64,000 nt of DNA from Mobula hypostoma (Eukaryota): assembly GCF_963921235.1 (NCBI RefSeq), contig NC_086097.1:203114001-203178000 (forward strand), given 5' to 3'. This document shows, piece after piece, positions 36,345-50,018 of this stretch (position 1 is its first letter; each line of letters starts with the position of its first letter). The translations under genes and the position numbers were made by a program. The notes under the pieces are model-generated. The model ran no database searches. It had not been told where the DNA came from and saw nothing but the letters and a program-made list of their open reading frames with translations.

Positions 36345-39300
36345 AACATGCTGGAACTCAGGAGGGCAGGCAGCGTCGATGAAAATGAATGAACAGTTGA
36401 CGTTTCAGGTCAAAACCCTTCAATACGACCGGTAAGGATAGGGGAAGAAGTCAGAATGAGAAGGTGGGGTGAGGGAAACTGTACAAGCTACAAGGGGAAA
36501 GGTGAAGGCAGGTGGGTGGGGGAAGGGGGATGAAGTAAAAAGTTAGGAGGTGATGGGTGGAAAAGATAAAAGGGCTAGAGAATAAGGAATCAAATAGGAG
36601 AGGAGATTGGACCATGGGATGAATAAGGGGCACGGGGGGGGGGGTGTGAGGTGAATAAAAGAGAAAAAGGAAGTGGGGGCATAGTGGGGAATTGAAGGAA
36701 GGTAGAAGTGGGATGGGGTGGGGGGGAAGGGGGGGAATTACCAGAAGTTGGAGAAGTTCAAGTCAAGTCAAGTTTATTGTCATTTTGACCATAAGCTGCT
36801 GGTACAGTACACAGTAAAAACAGAACCAAGTTCCTCCAGGACCCTGGTGCTACATGAAACAGCACAAAGCTACACTAGACTATGTGAGACAGCACAAGCT
36901 ACGCTAGACTACGTAAAACAACATAAAAACTGCACTAGACTACAGACCTGCACAGGACTACATAAAATGCACAAAACAGTGCAGGGCAGTACAATAATTA
37001 ATAAACAAGACAATAGACACAGTAGAGGACAAATTACAATATAATAATAAATGATGTAGATGTCAGTCTAGACTCTGAGTATTGAGGAGTCCAATGGGTT
37101 GGGGGAAGAAACTGTTACATAGTCTGGTCGTGAGAGCCCAAATGCTTTGGTACCTTTTGCCAGATGGCAGGAGGGAGAAGAGTTTGTGTGAGGGGTGCGT
37201 GAGGTCCTTCACAATACTGTTAGTTTTGCGGATGCAGCGTGTGGTGTAAATGTCTGTGATAGTGGGAAGAGAGACCCCGATGATCTTCTCAGCTGACCTC
37301 GCTATCCACTGCAGGGTCTTGCGATCTGAGATGGTGCAATTTCTGAACCAGGCAGTGATGCAGCTGCTCAGGATGCTCTCAATACAACCTCTGTAGAATG
37401 TGGTGAGGATGGGGGGTGGGAGATGGACTTTTCTCAGCCTTCGCAGAAAGTCGAGACACTGCTGGGCTTTCTTGGCTAGGTGAGATTCTCCACCAGGTGA
37501 ACACCAAGAAATTTGGTGCTCTTAACGATCTCAACGGAGGAGCCCTCAATGTTCAGCGGAGAGTGGTCGCTCCATGTCCTCCTGAAGTCCACAACCACCT
37601 CTTTTGTTTTGTTGACATTCAGATACTGGTTGTTGGCTCTGCCCCAGTCCATTAGCCGCTACACCTCCTCTCTGTATGCTGACTCGTCGTTCTTGCTGAT
37701 GAGACCCACCACGGTCGTGTCATCGGCGAACTTGATGATCCGGTTTGAGCTGTGTGTTGCAGCACAGTTGTGGGTCAGCAGAGTGAACAGCAGTGGACTG
37801 AGCACACAGCCCTGGGGGGCCCCCGTGCTCAGTGTGATGGTGTTGGAGATGCTGCTTCTGATCCGGACTGACTGAGGTCTCCCAGTCAGGAAGTCTAGGA
37901 TCCAGTTGCAGAGGGAGGTGTTCTGGCCCAGCAGTTTCAGCTTTCCAATCAGGTGCTGAGGAATGATTGTGTTGAATGCTGAACTGAAGTCTATGAACAG
38001 CATTCGAACATACGTGTCTTTTTTGTCCAGGTGGGTGAGGGCCAGGTAGAGGGTGGTGGCGATGGCGTCGTCTGTTGAACAGTTGGGACGATACGCGAAC
38101 TGCAGGGGGTCCAATGAGGGGGGCAGCAGGGTCTTTATGGGCCTCATAATGCCCCTCTCGAAACATTTCATGATGATGGATGTGAGAGCAACGGGACGGC
38201 AGTCGGTGAGGTAGGACACTGAAGACTTCTTCAGCACAGGGACGATGGTGGTGGCCTTGAAGTACGTAGGAATAATGGCGCTGCTCAGGGACATGTTGAA
38301 GCTGTCAGTCAGAATATCTGCCAGCTGGTCTGCACATCCTCTGAGCACTCTGCGAGGAATATTGTCTGGTCCAGCAGCCTTCCGTGGGTTGACCCTGCGT
38401 AGAGTTTTCCTCACATCAGCCACGGTAAGACACAGCACCTGGTCATTGGAAGGAGGGGTGGTCTTCCTCGCCGCCACAACATTTTCCGCCTTGAAACTAG
38501 CGTAGCAGTTGTTCAACGCATCTGCGAGTGAGGCATCACCAGCACAGGCAGGCGATGTTGTCCTGTAGTTGATGTTGATGCCAGCAGGTTGGAGGCTACC
38601 CTGAAAGAATATGAGGTGCTGCCCCTCCAATCTGAGAGTGGCAGTAGAGGATACCATGGACTGACACGGCAGAATGGGAATGGGAACTGGGATTAAAACG
38701 TTGACCACTGGGAAACCCTACTTTTTGCAAATGGAGAGCAGGTACTCGACAAAGCGGTCCCCCTAACTACGTTGTAGAACAGGCCACATCAGGAGCACTG
38801 GATACAGTAGGTGACCCTAACAGATTTGTAGTTGAAGTGTTGCCTCACCTGAAAGGACTGTTTAGGATGCTGAAGAGGTGAGCAAGGAGGTGAATTGACA
38901 GGTGTAGGACTTTTTCCACTCGCAGGGATAAGTGCCAAGAGGAAGATTAGTGGGGAGAGACGAATGGAGAAGGGCATCAGAGAGGGAGCTATCCCTGCAG
39001 AAAGCAGAGAGTGAGGAGAGCTAAAGATGTGATTGGTAGTAGGATCCTGTTGAAGATGGTGGAAGATGCAAAGAATGATGTGACTGAGTGGAGGTTCATG
39101 GGATGGCAGGTGAGGACAAGAGGAAATCTAATCCAGCTGAAGTGGTAAGAAGATGGGGTGATGATAGATGTTTGTGAAACGGAGGAGATGTGGGTGAGGG
39201 CAGCATCAATGGAGGAAGAAGGGAAATACCATTCTTTAAAGGAGGACATCTCTGATGTCCGGAAAGGAAAGCCTCATCCTGGGAACAGATGCAGCGGAGA

Positions 39301-40072
39301 TGAAGGGACTAAGAAAAGGGTATGTCATTTTTACAGGAGACAGGATGGGAAGAGGTATAGTCCAGTTAGCCATGGGAATCGGTAGGTTTATAAAAGATTG
39401 GTAGGTTGACAATTGTCTCCAGAGATGGAGACAAAAAGATCAAGAAAGGGGAGATGGGCGCCAGAAATGGACCAAGTGAATTTAAGGGCAGGGTGGAAGC
39501 TGGAAGCAAAGTTGATGAAACTGACAAGCTCAGCATGGTTGCATGAGATAGCACCAATTCAGTCATCACTGTAGCACAGAAACAGTTGTGGAGCATTACC
39601 AGGGAAAGCTTGGAACATGGACAGTTTCACATCGCCAGTAAAAAGGCAGTTATAGCTTGGGTCCATGTGGGTGCTCATGGCTACACCAAGTATGTGGAAA
39701 AAGCAGAGGGAGCCAAATGATAAACGGTTGTGTTTGAGGACCAGTTGCGCCAGATGGCAGAGGGTGGTACTGTTGGGGTCCGTGATAAGATGGAAGCAGA
39801 GAGCTTTAAGGCCTTCTTGATGATCTATAACCTCTTAGCTTCCTAATTCATTCCCCCCCCCCAATTCACTTGGCTTAACACTTCACCACGTAGCTTGTTC
39901 TCCTTCTCCTCCCTCCCACCTTCTTATTCTGGCCTCTTCCTTTCCAGTCCCAATGAAGAATCTTGGCCTGAAACTTTGACTGTTTATTCATTTCCATAGA
40001 TGCTGCCTGAATTCCTCCTGGATTTCGTGTGTGTTGCTCTGAATTTCCAGCATCTGTAGAATCTCGTGTTTG
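36345..40072 (-). mobile_element. Degenerate Penelope-like element (RT + GIY-YIG) with an inverted terminal copy, split by a Rex1 insertion
   Basis: RT remnants GVAMSTHMD, LFLCYSDD, FYKPTDSHG (39366-39690); GIY-YIG tail 38570-38850; 3' end 36345-36759; inverted 3'-end copy ~39830-40072. Confidence 0.85.
36760..38570 (-). mobile_element. Rex1/Babar LINE, 5'-truncated, nested in the Penelope-like element
   Basis: RT frame [44 protein letters not shown]; (caagt)n tail at 36760-36773. Confidence 0.93.
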
Positions 40073-40449
40073 CGGAACAGATTCAAATCTTATTGCCCAG
40101 CTGAGTGACTGAAAACACAAACTGACAAACTTTGTTGTGTCTTTTGCATTGTATGTTTAGTTGTTATCCCCCTTATAAATTCCATAAGAAAAAAAATTAT
40201 TGTGCATCTCAAACTTCTGGGACGAGATTTGTCAATTATGTAAGGGTGTGTTTCTGTGACATGAGTGATAGCAATGTGAATCTCGCCTATGGTTAAAGGA
40301 GTACTGTTGCACTCAGCCACAGTAATGTTCCATTCATGTGGGAAAACTATTTGTACTTGAGTATCTCCCACTGTTTTTCTAAAAAAAAGTATTAAAAGGA
40401 ATTAAAGACATTTATTATAAACCAACACAAGTTTTCATTTCAAACACAC

Positions 40450-40583
40450 CTGGCAAACAGGAAACGAGCTCATAAAAGAGTTCCATGCACTTGTGCCGAC
40501 ACTCTGTTTGGGGTCTTCCACATTGAGTCAACAGCCACAGGACAACATCTGTTAAACACACCTGCAGATCAAAGGAAAATCCC
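40450..40583 (-). CDS. PRKDC: PRKDC exon (window exon 9, 134 nt)
   Basis: cag|...|gtgtg; [44 protein letters not shown]. Confidence 0.95.
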
Positions 40584-41229
40584 CTGCAAAAATCAAATGC
40601 ACAAAGCAAAGGACGCATTACAAGGTCGTACTTATCTAGATATTCATTCTATTCAAGATTCAAGATTGTTTAGTCATTCTTCAGTATACAGTGTAAAGGA
40701 TCTGATGCAGCATAAAAAACCACAATAAGCATAAAGAACACAGTATCAGCAAAAAATAATACAATAAATATAAATATAAAAGCAAACCTATAAAAACATT
40801 GTACAAATAACTGTTATATACATAGACTGATTGTATTGCACATAAAGTGATGCTAGGTGATGTGTATGCCGTGGTGGTAAGTACTTATTCAAAGATATTG
40901 AGGTATTCACGGTCGCATCTAAATTCAGCGCATATGAATTTCCTACTGTGAGTAAGTCCCCTAATTCAAATTACCACCTTGACATTCCAAATTTGATGTT
41001 CTGCGATCTGCAACTTAATTTGGCCCAACACACCTACATGCTTCACATCACCTCTCCCATGTGGTCAGATTTAAAGCAGTTTCCTTCAGATGATCTGTGG
41101 TGTTAATTTTAGTTGGGTGATGCTCACCTGATTTAAGTAGTGCAAGCTAAAGACCTATGATTATTAGCAATTATTATACTTGCTACAATTCCTTTCATGT
41201 AATCAGAAGAGTTCCCATTATTTTGGAAC

Positions 41230-42800
41230 ATAAGGAGAAGGAAGAGTAGGTCTAAAGGCCTTCGAGTCTGCATTCAATTTAGTAAGTTATTAGCCAACCT
41301 GACTCTTGGACTCGACTATATTTCTTACATAAATACCTTAGCACTTCATTTTTTTAGCAGTCCAAAAGTCTATTCCAAACCTGATTATACTTAATTACAC
41401 CATACCCACAGAACACTAGGTTTAAGGTTCACAACTGCCTAAAAAAAAATTTCCCCTCATCTTCGTTTTAAATTGATGATTCCTTATGAGAAGATTGCCT
41501 CCTAATTCACGACAAGTCTCACCAGGGAAAACTTCCTCATATTACACATTTATTGTAGCAAGCCCCCCAGAATCTAATACATTTCATTGGTATAACCTCT
41601 TGCACTTAAACTCCATAAAATCTGTTCTGCCCCATCATTCCACATAATAATCCCATCACACATGAACCTTCTCTGCATGGCCCCCAAGCCACATCTTTCC
41701 TTCATGAAGAAGACTAAAACTGTATACAGGCCATCCCTGGGTAACACTTGGGTTCTGTTTTTACAGGTATCAATACATGACACAAATGGTCATGAATGTC
41801 ATCAAAAGCACATCAGACTGGTAAGAAAGAACAATTACTAAAGCTGGAAAGAGAGGGAAATAGGATTCTCTATAATAAGGAAGAGTGAAAAATTATTTAT
41901 ATGGAGTGATAATATAAAATATTGTGGTACAAAGATCTTGGATCTTGCGACTTATGTCATGAAATACATGAAGTCAGCATGCAGTAAGTAATAGAAAAAC
42001 GAATGGAATGGGTTGAAGAGAAATTTCTTCTCTCAGAGCTTTGTAACTGGAATTCTCTACCCAGAGAACTGCAGAGGAGGTCACAGAATATATTCAAGGA
42101 AGAGACTGACATATGTAAACAAGGGAATCAAAGGATATGGCAGAGCAATTGAAAGTTGTGCCGAGTACAAGATATGATTTTACAGCCATGATTTTACTGA
42201 ATAGGAGAGCAGGATCAAGGGATTGACTAGTCTTCTCCTGTTTCCTATGCTCTTAAGTAACTTCATCCAAAATACACTGAACTAGGTTGCAGTGGGACAA
42301 TGTATATGCTGTCTCTCTTTTTTTTGTAAAGGATCAGAAGTGTACGTGGGGTTTGGAAATGTAGATAACTTGTGAAGACTGACACTGCTTGGAGGAAGTA
42401 GTTGCTTCTAAACTAAGAACACAATCAACCCTCAGTGAGATCCCACAAAGATTGACATAGCCAGATCAAGACATGAGGGGCACCGATAGACTGACTGCTC
42501 ATACTCTTTTTCTCAGGGAACATGAATTAAGAACGAGAGGGCATAGCTTGAAGGCCAGAGGTAAATAATTTAATAAGAGTTAGTAGAGGTAACCATTTTA
42601 TACAGAGGTGGCTCATATATGGAATGAATAACCAGAGGATGTCATTGAGACAGGTACAGTAACAACTTTTAAAAGGCAGTTCGAAAGGTAAATGGAAAGG
42701 GACAGTTTCCAAAGATATGGGCAAATGCAGGCGAAAGAGACCAACTTAGATATGCACTTGATGGGCCAGTTAGGCTGAAGGGATTCTTTTCATGTTGACT
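41230..42800. mobile_element. Cluster of old CR1 3' fragments, both orientations
   Basis: Degenerate CR1 3' sequence (e.g. ggaattctctacccagaga, gaacgagagggcatagcttgaagg). Confidence 0.6.
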
Positions 42801-43090
42801 CTACACATGTATATATAACAAAAAGGGCTTGAAAGTACCATCCATCCAAAAATGGTAATGAAATTCATTTTAAAATGATGAAGTACCTGTATAATTTATC
42901 TGGCACCAAACCAGCAATAATAGATACAGGAGAAAATGCAATACAGTGCAAGGAAGAGAATTTCTAATAAATAATTCATATATATCTGAAACATGAGAAT
43001 ATTGCTCTAACTGCAATGGATAACGAACAACAAATGGACACATTTTTTGAGTTATGAAGCTGAAAAGTTCACAAGAAGTAACAGTCAAAC

Positions 43091-43190
43091 CTGGGCACAC
43101 GTCTTTTGGCAGGTTTATTTAAATCAGGAGCTTTCTGTTTTATAATCCGTTTTAGGTGATCAATAACATCACAGCATTGCTGAACTGTAC
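43091..43190 (-). CDS. PRKDC: PRKDC exon (window exon 8, 100 nt)
   Basis: tag|...|gtttg; [34 protein letters not shown]. Confidence 0.95.
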
Positions 43191-43574
43191 CTACAGAGAA
43201 AATATATCCATTTGCTTTATTTTAAAATAGATTGTTACCAAAGAACAAAATCTCATCAATATGAAAATTAAATTACATTTTAAGGAATTTCCAACTCATG
43301 ACAACAATGTTCTAACCACATTATATAAAATAATGCAACACAACTCATGAAAGTGACATCCAATGTGAAATAAAACAAAAGTGCTTATGGAAATACATTT
43401 TTTTGAAACTATTGCCATTTTAGTTTCAGACATTTTATTGGGATTAGGTTCACAATCCTTGGGACATGTCTCATGCTGAAGTTACTTTTGAAGTATTGTA
43501 TGTAAGACCAACTTGCTTGTGAATTAACGAACTGGATAAATAGGCAGACATTATGTTTTTCTCTGCCTCCACAG

Positions 43575-46315
43575 ATATGGTGTAGAGGAGGTTCACCAGG
43601 TTAATTCCACAGATGAGTTGGTTAGACTATGTGAAGAGATTGAGTTGCCTGGTTTATACTCACTGGAATTCAGAAGAATGAGAGGGGATCTTATAGAAAT
43701 ATATAAAATTATGAAAGGGACAGATAAGTTAGAGGCCGGAAAGTTGTTTCACTGATAGGTGAAACTAGAACTAGGGGACATAGTCTCAAGATTCGGGGGA
43801 GCAGATTTAGGATGGAGATGGGGAGGAACTGCTTTTCCCAGAAAGTGGTATATCTGTAGAATTCTCTGCCCAATGAAGCAGTGAAGGCTACCTCAGCAAA
43901 TACACTTAAGACAAGGTTAGATAGATTTTTGCATAGTAAGGGAATTAAGGGTTATGGGGAAAAGGCAGGTAGGTGGAGATGAGTCCATGGCCAGATCAGT
44001 CATGATCTTTTTTTATATTTTTAATTTTTATTTGGATAAGGAAATCACAAGTATCATGAACTTTTTTTTACATGTATAACCTTTCCCCTTTCCCAAATCT
44101 TTTCCTTTACTTGTGTTAATTCTCTGTTTTCCAAAAAAAAACAGTAAACATTTGGACCAAGGGTGCTTACATTAACAATATTACTTTGTTGATGAGGAGA
44201 GTAGTACAAATCATTAGGAGAGTCATCTAAAGTCTGTTCGCTTTGGGGATATATATTCAATCCATTTATTTCAAATTTGATAAAATTTTTCTTTTTGAAT
44301 TCTCAGAGAGTAAGTCATCTTTTCCATTTTAAATATTTCCATGATAATTTCGTGCCAATCTTCTAATGTAGGTGGTATTGGATTTAGCCACTTTCTAGTG
44401 ATTGATTTCTTACTTGCCGCTAAAATTCTTCTGTTCAAGAAACAATACATGCCCAAATAGAGCGTCTCAAAGTTCAGAGGTATCTGGGTCTTAAGTACCT
44501 TAACTAATGTTCTGTGAATACCTTTCCAGTATAAACTTAATTTAGGGCAATCCCAGAAAATATGGAAATGATTTGCCTCCTTGGAGCTGCACCTTCTCCA
44601 ACATGACACGTTTGTGTCTTTATATTTTTTCTGATATGGGGTCTTGAAGTATCTTATAATATTTTTCCAACAATGTTCTCTCCAAATCAAAGAGTTAGTC
44701 GAGGACCATTGAAAGCTGCATATTTTCCCCCAAGCCTCCTCTGAAAGTACCAACCTCGCTTCTTTCTCCCACTTCTCTTTAATATACAATGTGTTTACAT
44801 TTTTAGCATGGGAGAGTGCATTATATAATCGAGAAACTGATTTACTTGGTATTGAACTGCAAGCCGAATTCAGAATCTTGAAAAATTCTAATTCTACTGT
44901 TGATAAGTCTGTATATCTACAACTCAGGTTAACATGATGTCGTACTTGAAGGTACCCAAAAAAGTCATTGTGTTCTAGGCCATGTTTGTCCTGCAGGAAT
45001 TGGAAACTTTGTAATACTCTTTTATGTATAAATGAGAGGTAGGTTGTAAGACCTTTCTTTATCCATAGTTCAAATCTTTTATCTCTTCTGTTGGGAAGGA
45101 ATTCGGTATCATATGCACACCATCTGAAAAGTTTTAACATGTTATTGACTCCACATGAATTAATCACCTTCTGCCATACTTTTAATGTAAGATTTATCCA
45201 GCTGTTTTTAAACTTTTCCAATTGGGCCATCAATCCTTTGTCAGCTATTGAGGCCTGTAGAAGAAAACAGTCAACCAATCCAAATTCTATTTCCTTCCAT
45301 CTAGCCTTATATTCCCTATTACACCAATATAACAGAGGGGTTATCTGTGAAGCATAAAAACAATTTCTCAAGCAAGGAAGTACCATACCTCCTCCTTCCT
45401 TCCCTAACTGTAAGGTATTATATCGAATTCTAGGTTTCTTTCCTTGCCAGATAAAGTGGGAAATCCATTTGTCCCATTCCCTGAATTGATTATCATCCAC
45501 CTCCACAGGTAAAGTCCGGAAAAGATAGAATAACCGAGGGACAATATTCATTTTTATGGTATTTATCCTTGAATTTAAACTTAAAAAGAGGATAAGATTC
45601 CATCTGTGCATATCTGCTTTTACCTCTGAAATTAATGGCCCATAATTTACCTGTGACAGAGTTGAAAGATCCTTCGGCAGGGTTATTCCTAAATATTTTA
45701 ATGATTTAGCTTCCCACTTAAGATCATATGTATCCTGCAGTTTTTTTGGATGGTGTATAATTTAGGGACATAACCTGCGTTTTCTTCACATTTATTTTAT
45801 AACCTGATATTTTCCCAAAGTCATCCAACAGTGTAAACAATCCTATAATCTGTGAATAACGCCACTTGCTGTTCAATCCCTGCCACCTTGATACCTTTTA
45901 CCATTTCGCTCTGTCTTATTAGTTGGGCAAGTGGTTCAATATATAGCGCAAAAAGGAGAGGAGAAACTGGGCATCTCTGTCTAGTTCCTCTCTCTAAAAT
46001 AAAGGAGTCAGAGAGGTCCCCATTTATCTTAATTCGAGCTGTAGGGCTGTCATATAAAGTCTGGATTACTTTAATAAACTTTTCTTGAAAGCCAAATCTT
46101 CCTAACACTCTGTATAGGAATGCCCAACTAACTGAATCAAAAGCTTTCTCAGCGACTAATCCCACTACCATTGTCTCTGTCCCGTTCTTAGTAACCTGTT
46201 CTAGTATATATGTAGAGTTCTCCTTATGTTGGCCATGATCTTATTGAATAGCGGAGTAAGCTCCACAGGCCAGATGTCCTACTCCTGCTCCTGTTTCTTA
46301 TGTTATGTTCTTATG
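43575..46315 (+). mobile_element. CR1 3' fragment split by an L1/Tx1 insertion (pieces 43575-44009 and ~46232-46315)
   Basis: Both pieces are collinear with the reverse complement of the CR1 at 63196-63600. Confidence 0.85.
44010..46231 (-). mobile_element. L1/Tx1-type LINE, 5'-truncated, TSD CATGATCTT
   Basis: AEKAFDSVSW, ERGTRQRCPVSPLLFALYIEPLA; 446-aa ORF with CWRRC..NHFHIFWDCP zinc knuckle; TSD at 44001-44009 and 46234-46242. Confidence 0.93.
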
Positions 46316-46478
46316 CTGTTTAATCCACTGATCCTCCAGCATTTTGTTCTTATCTATCAAAAGAGAGATCAAATTCCTTCCAGAAAGACAGCAAGGTTAA
46401 ACTAAGGCACAATGTTAAAATATTGATACTTTAGCATACGTAGATACCAGAAAATTACAGATACTGAAACCAACTTAC

Positions 46479-46573
46479 CCAATGATTTATCATCGGAATG
46501 TGCAAGGGCAAGGCTTTCCACATAGACAACCAATACTTCAAACACAAACTGGTCAACCAAGGTACTTTCCTCC
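46479..46573 (-). CDS. PRKDC: PRKDC exon (window exon 7, 95 nt)
   Basis: tag|...|gtaag; [31 protein letters not shown]. Confidence 0.96.
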
Positions 46574-46631
46574 CTAAAAAAAACAGCAACTTTATTGTAG
46601 AATATAAAAAAGCACACACAGATCTTATATA

Positions 46632-47338
46632 CATTCGATTCCGGTTAATTGAGCTGTTGGTTCATCAAGGCAGCCACTTATTTGGGACACAATGCCGCTT
46701 AATTAGGGTGGGAGAATGTTGCCTGGACTGCATCAGTCTCGTGCACTTGCGTAGCCATTGGACATCACACCGTGCTCAGAGCGATCAGTTTTTAAAATAG
46801 CATCAGTCACGCAGTGATCTTTGTCACTGATAGTTGGGGAGAAATAAACAGCAAGACAACCTGGAATTGTTTTGCTTACCAGGGTTCAAACGGAGTTGCC
46901 ATAAAGGACCGGAAGTGAAAATGAAACCATATCACTTAGGGATTATGAAGAATTCAAAGGTATCGACAATCATCTTGAATGTTACATTGAGAATGAAGAT
47001 TTGGAGGATGCATTCAGCTAAAGCATTGTATGAAGGAAGTCCATTATCGGCACTGATTTTGCTCATCTACAGTCAATCGTAAGAGCACAGCAGATGAATT
47101 CCTCCATCGATAACGAATAGGAACTAATACACAGTTTTATAGTACTGTAGAGGTATTGGTAATGTTCTAATTTTCTCTGCATTTCATTTATGTACATATA
47201 TTGTTGCTCAGTTAAACAGCAGTTTGTCTTTTTATACCTTTTAACTATTTCAATAAAACTTCAGCTAATTGGGACTGCCGCTTAATTTGGCCAAAAATAC
47301 ACTGGTCCAAATGTGTTCTAATTAACCAGAATCCACTT
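46632..47338. mobile_element. Tigger/pogo-like MITE
   Basis: Imperfect TIRs cattcgattccggttaatt / aattaaccagaatccact; a related end tggaatccactgta near 47535. Confidence 0.65.
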
Positions 47339-48254
47339 TTATTGATCTCCACAGGTGATTACGGTTGTATATTATCATATACTCTGTGCCACAGGCGCCA
47401 CTTACAGGCTGCATTGGGAACAGCAAAGTCAATACGCTGAGCTGAATGAACTTTAACATTACAGTATTGTAGGGATTGGTGCTCAATCCTAAAGGTATTG
47501 GTCCCAATGTGTCCCAGTGAACTGGAATCCACTGTATTATTAAGTCCAAAGACTCTATTTAAGAACATGATGTTTTAAGAAGCACATTTCTTAGAAAAAA
47601 AATTTCTTCCTTGAATACGAAATAATCAGCCCTTGCTACGAAAACTCGCATCAAACGGAAGAATACATTTTATGTCACATTTTTAACACAGAAAACAATG
47701 AGACTGGGTGAAAGGCTGATTTTAAGGATGAGGATAGAGGTTTAACAAGGGGATTCAATTAAATAGTAGTTAATGCTAATGACGGCACAAGCAGGAAGAT
47801 GAAAGGGTAATTGGAGAATTGAGGGAGGAAGATGAGGGTTCAGAAAATAGAGTAAGGTTAGGCTGATATATCCAGGAACAAAGAAGCCGCATTATCCCTG
47901 GTTAGAAGAGCAAAGGATAAACAAGATTAAGTGTTGTACATCAACTTGTTAAAATTCAGTCGTAAGTTTGAACTTCTGAAAAATGGAGGACAAAGATTTC
48001 TAGAAAAAAGGTTTTCAGTTGATAAAAGTTTTGGTAAGTGTTTGAGCCAAAGCAACGTGGAAATGGGCAAAATTGCAGAAAGGAAGCAAATAACACTTGA
48101 GTTTGGTCAGATTTAAAGGAATCCAAGGTTCTGTGTGCCCTTACGCAGGACCAACAAATATCAGGATGGTAGAATGAGAGTAATGATGCAGCACTGGTAC
48201 TTTTGAAGGTGGCTAAGAATTATCATTCAGTCTTTTCAATGTTTATTTGAAGGA

Positions 48255-49010
48255 TATTTTGCAAAATTTGATTCAACAGTGCATAGCAACTTAAATAGTA
48301 GAAGAGGATTTGTTTACTTGGATTTTCAGAAGCCTTTGACAAGGTGTCACATATGAGACTGCTTAACAAGCTAAGACTCATGGTATTACAGGAAAGATAC
48401 AAGCATGGATAGAAGATTGTCTGACTGGTAGGAGGCAAAGAGAAGGAATAAAGGGGGCCTCTTCTGATTGGGGGTCAGTGACTAGTGGTTGGTGTTGGGA
48501 CTGCTTCTTTTCACGCTATATGTGAATGATTTGGATGACACAATTGATGGCTTTGTAGCCAAGTCTGCAACAATATGATGATAAATGGAGGACCATGTAT
48601 TGTTGAAGAAGCAGGAGGTGCGGAAGGACCGACAGATCGGGAGACTGGGTAAAGAAAACGCAGATGGAATATAGTGTAGGGAAGTGCATAGTCGTGCACT
48701 TAGGAATAAAGGGGTAGACTGTTTTCTAAATGGAGAGAAAATTCAAAGGTTCAAAGGACTTGGGTCATTGTGCATGATTCCTTAAAGGTTAACTTGCAGG
48801 TTGAGTCGGTGGTAAGGAAGCCAAATACAATGTTAGCATTCAAGACTAGAATATATGCAAAAGCAAGGATATGATGCTGAGGTTTTATCAGGCATTTTCA
48901 GGCTGTACTTGGTGTATCGTGAACAGTTTCAGGCCCCTAGCTAAGATATACCGCTACTGGAGAGTATCCACAGGAGGTTCACGAGAATAATCCTGGAATG
49001 GAACAGGATT
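48255..49010 (+). mobile_element. Degenerate CR1 RT fragment
   Basis: tacttggattttcagaagcctttgacaaggtg and downstream RT remnants. Confidence 0.8.
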
Positions 49011-49094
49011 TAGTAGAGGAATACAAGATGTGATCGTGTGAAACACAGATTTCATATGACTAGAGCAAATTACATTTACATTTGTAGAAAATCA

Positions 49095-49425
49095 TAAATA
49101 CAAGAGATTCTGCAGATCCTTGAAATCCAACACATACAAGATGCTGGAGGAATTCAGCAGGTCAGGCAGCATCTATGGAAAGGGATAAACAGTCAGAATT
49201 TTGGACTGAGACCTTTCATCAGGACGGGAAAGGAAGGGGAAGAAGCCAGAATAAGAGGTTGGGGGAGAAGGCAAGAAGTACAAGTTAGAAGGTGATGGGT
49301 AAAGCCAATTGATGGAGAAGATAGGTGAGTGGGGAGGGGAGTATGATGGGAGAAGCTGGGAGGTGATTAGGAGGAAGAGGTAAAGGATTGAAGAAGGAAT
49401 GTTATAGGAGAATGAGAGAAAGAGG
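49095..49425 (-). mobile_element. Penelope-like 3' fragment with degenerate hammerhead
   Basis: gattctgcagat..atgctggaggaattcagcaggtcaggcagcatc..gagacctttcatcaggac followed by a purine tract. Confidence 0.85.
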
Positions 49426-49846
49426 AGTGTTAGAGTGAGTTCTTTAGGGTAGATGATTTGTTTACACTTAAATGACTTTGGCCACCAGACTTCTATTTGA
49501 CAAAGTACTGTGGATTGAGTCCACAACAATGCGCTTCCTAAAAGGTTGTGAATACTAGATGCTTCTGGCGCCATAGTTTGACCTGATGTTGTAGTTTCAA
49601 AGACAGTATTATCTATACATTATAAATATTAATTGTCTTCTATGTTAGCACGTAAAATGCCAAATAAATCCTAAAGGCTGTGGATACCAACCCAGACATG
49701 TTGGCGTCGGAAGGAAAGAGTGAAGTTAGGAGGTGTGATGTTTTGTATGTAGCTTCAAATGGAAGCATTGTCTATAACTTTTTAAGTAGTGATTGCCTTT
49801 GTGTTTAGCATATAAATATCGAGCCCACATTGGGCTAGCAGACCTT

Positions 49847-50018
49847 TCATAGTCATACTTTATTGATCCCGAGGGAAATTGGTTTTTGTTACAGTTGCAC
49901 CATAAATAAATAGTAATAAAACCATAAATAATTAAATAGTAATATGTAATTTATGCCAGGAAATAAGTCCAGGACCAGCCTATTGGCTCAGGGTGTCTGA
50001 CCCTCCAACGGAGGAGTT
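49847..50018 (-). mobile_element. Rex1-type LINE 3' end
   Basis: Reverse complement of ~60375-60550 (gggtcagacaccctgagccaataggctgg.., tatgactatga tail). Confidence 0.75.

Noticed and set aside
36860..36970. Short ~30-bp imperfect tandem repeat (acactagacta)
   Set aside because: It is internal to the Rex1 3'UTR and not an independent feature.
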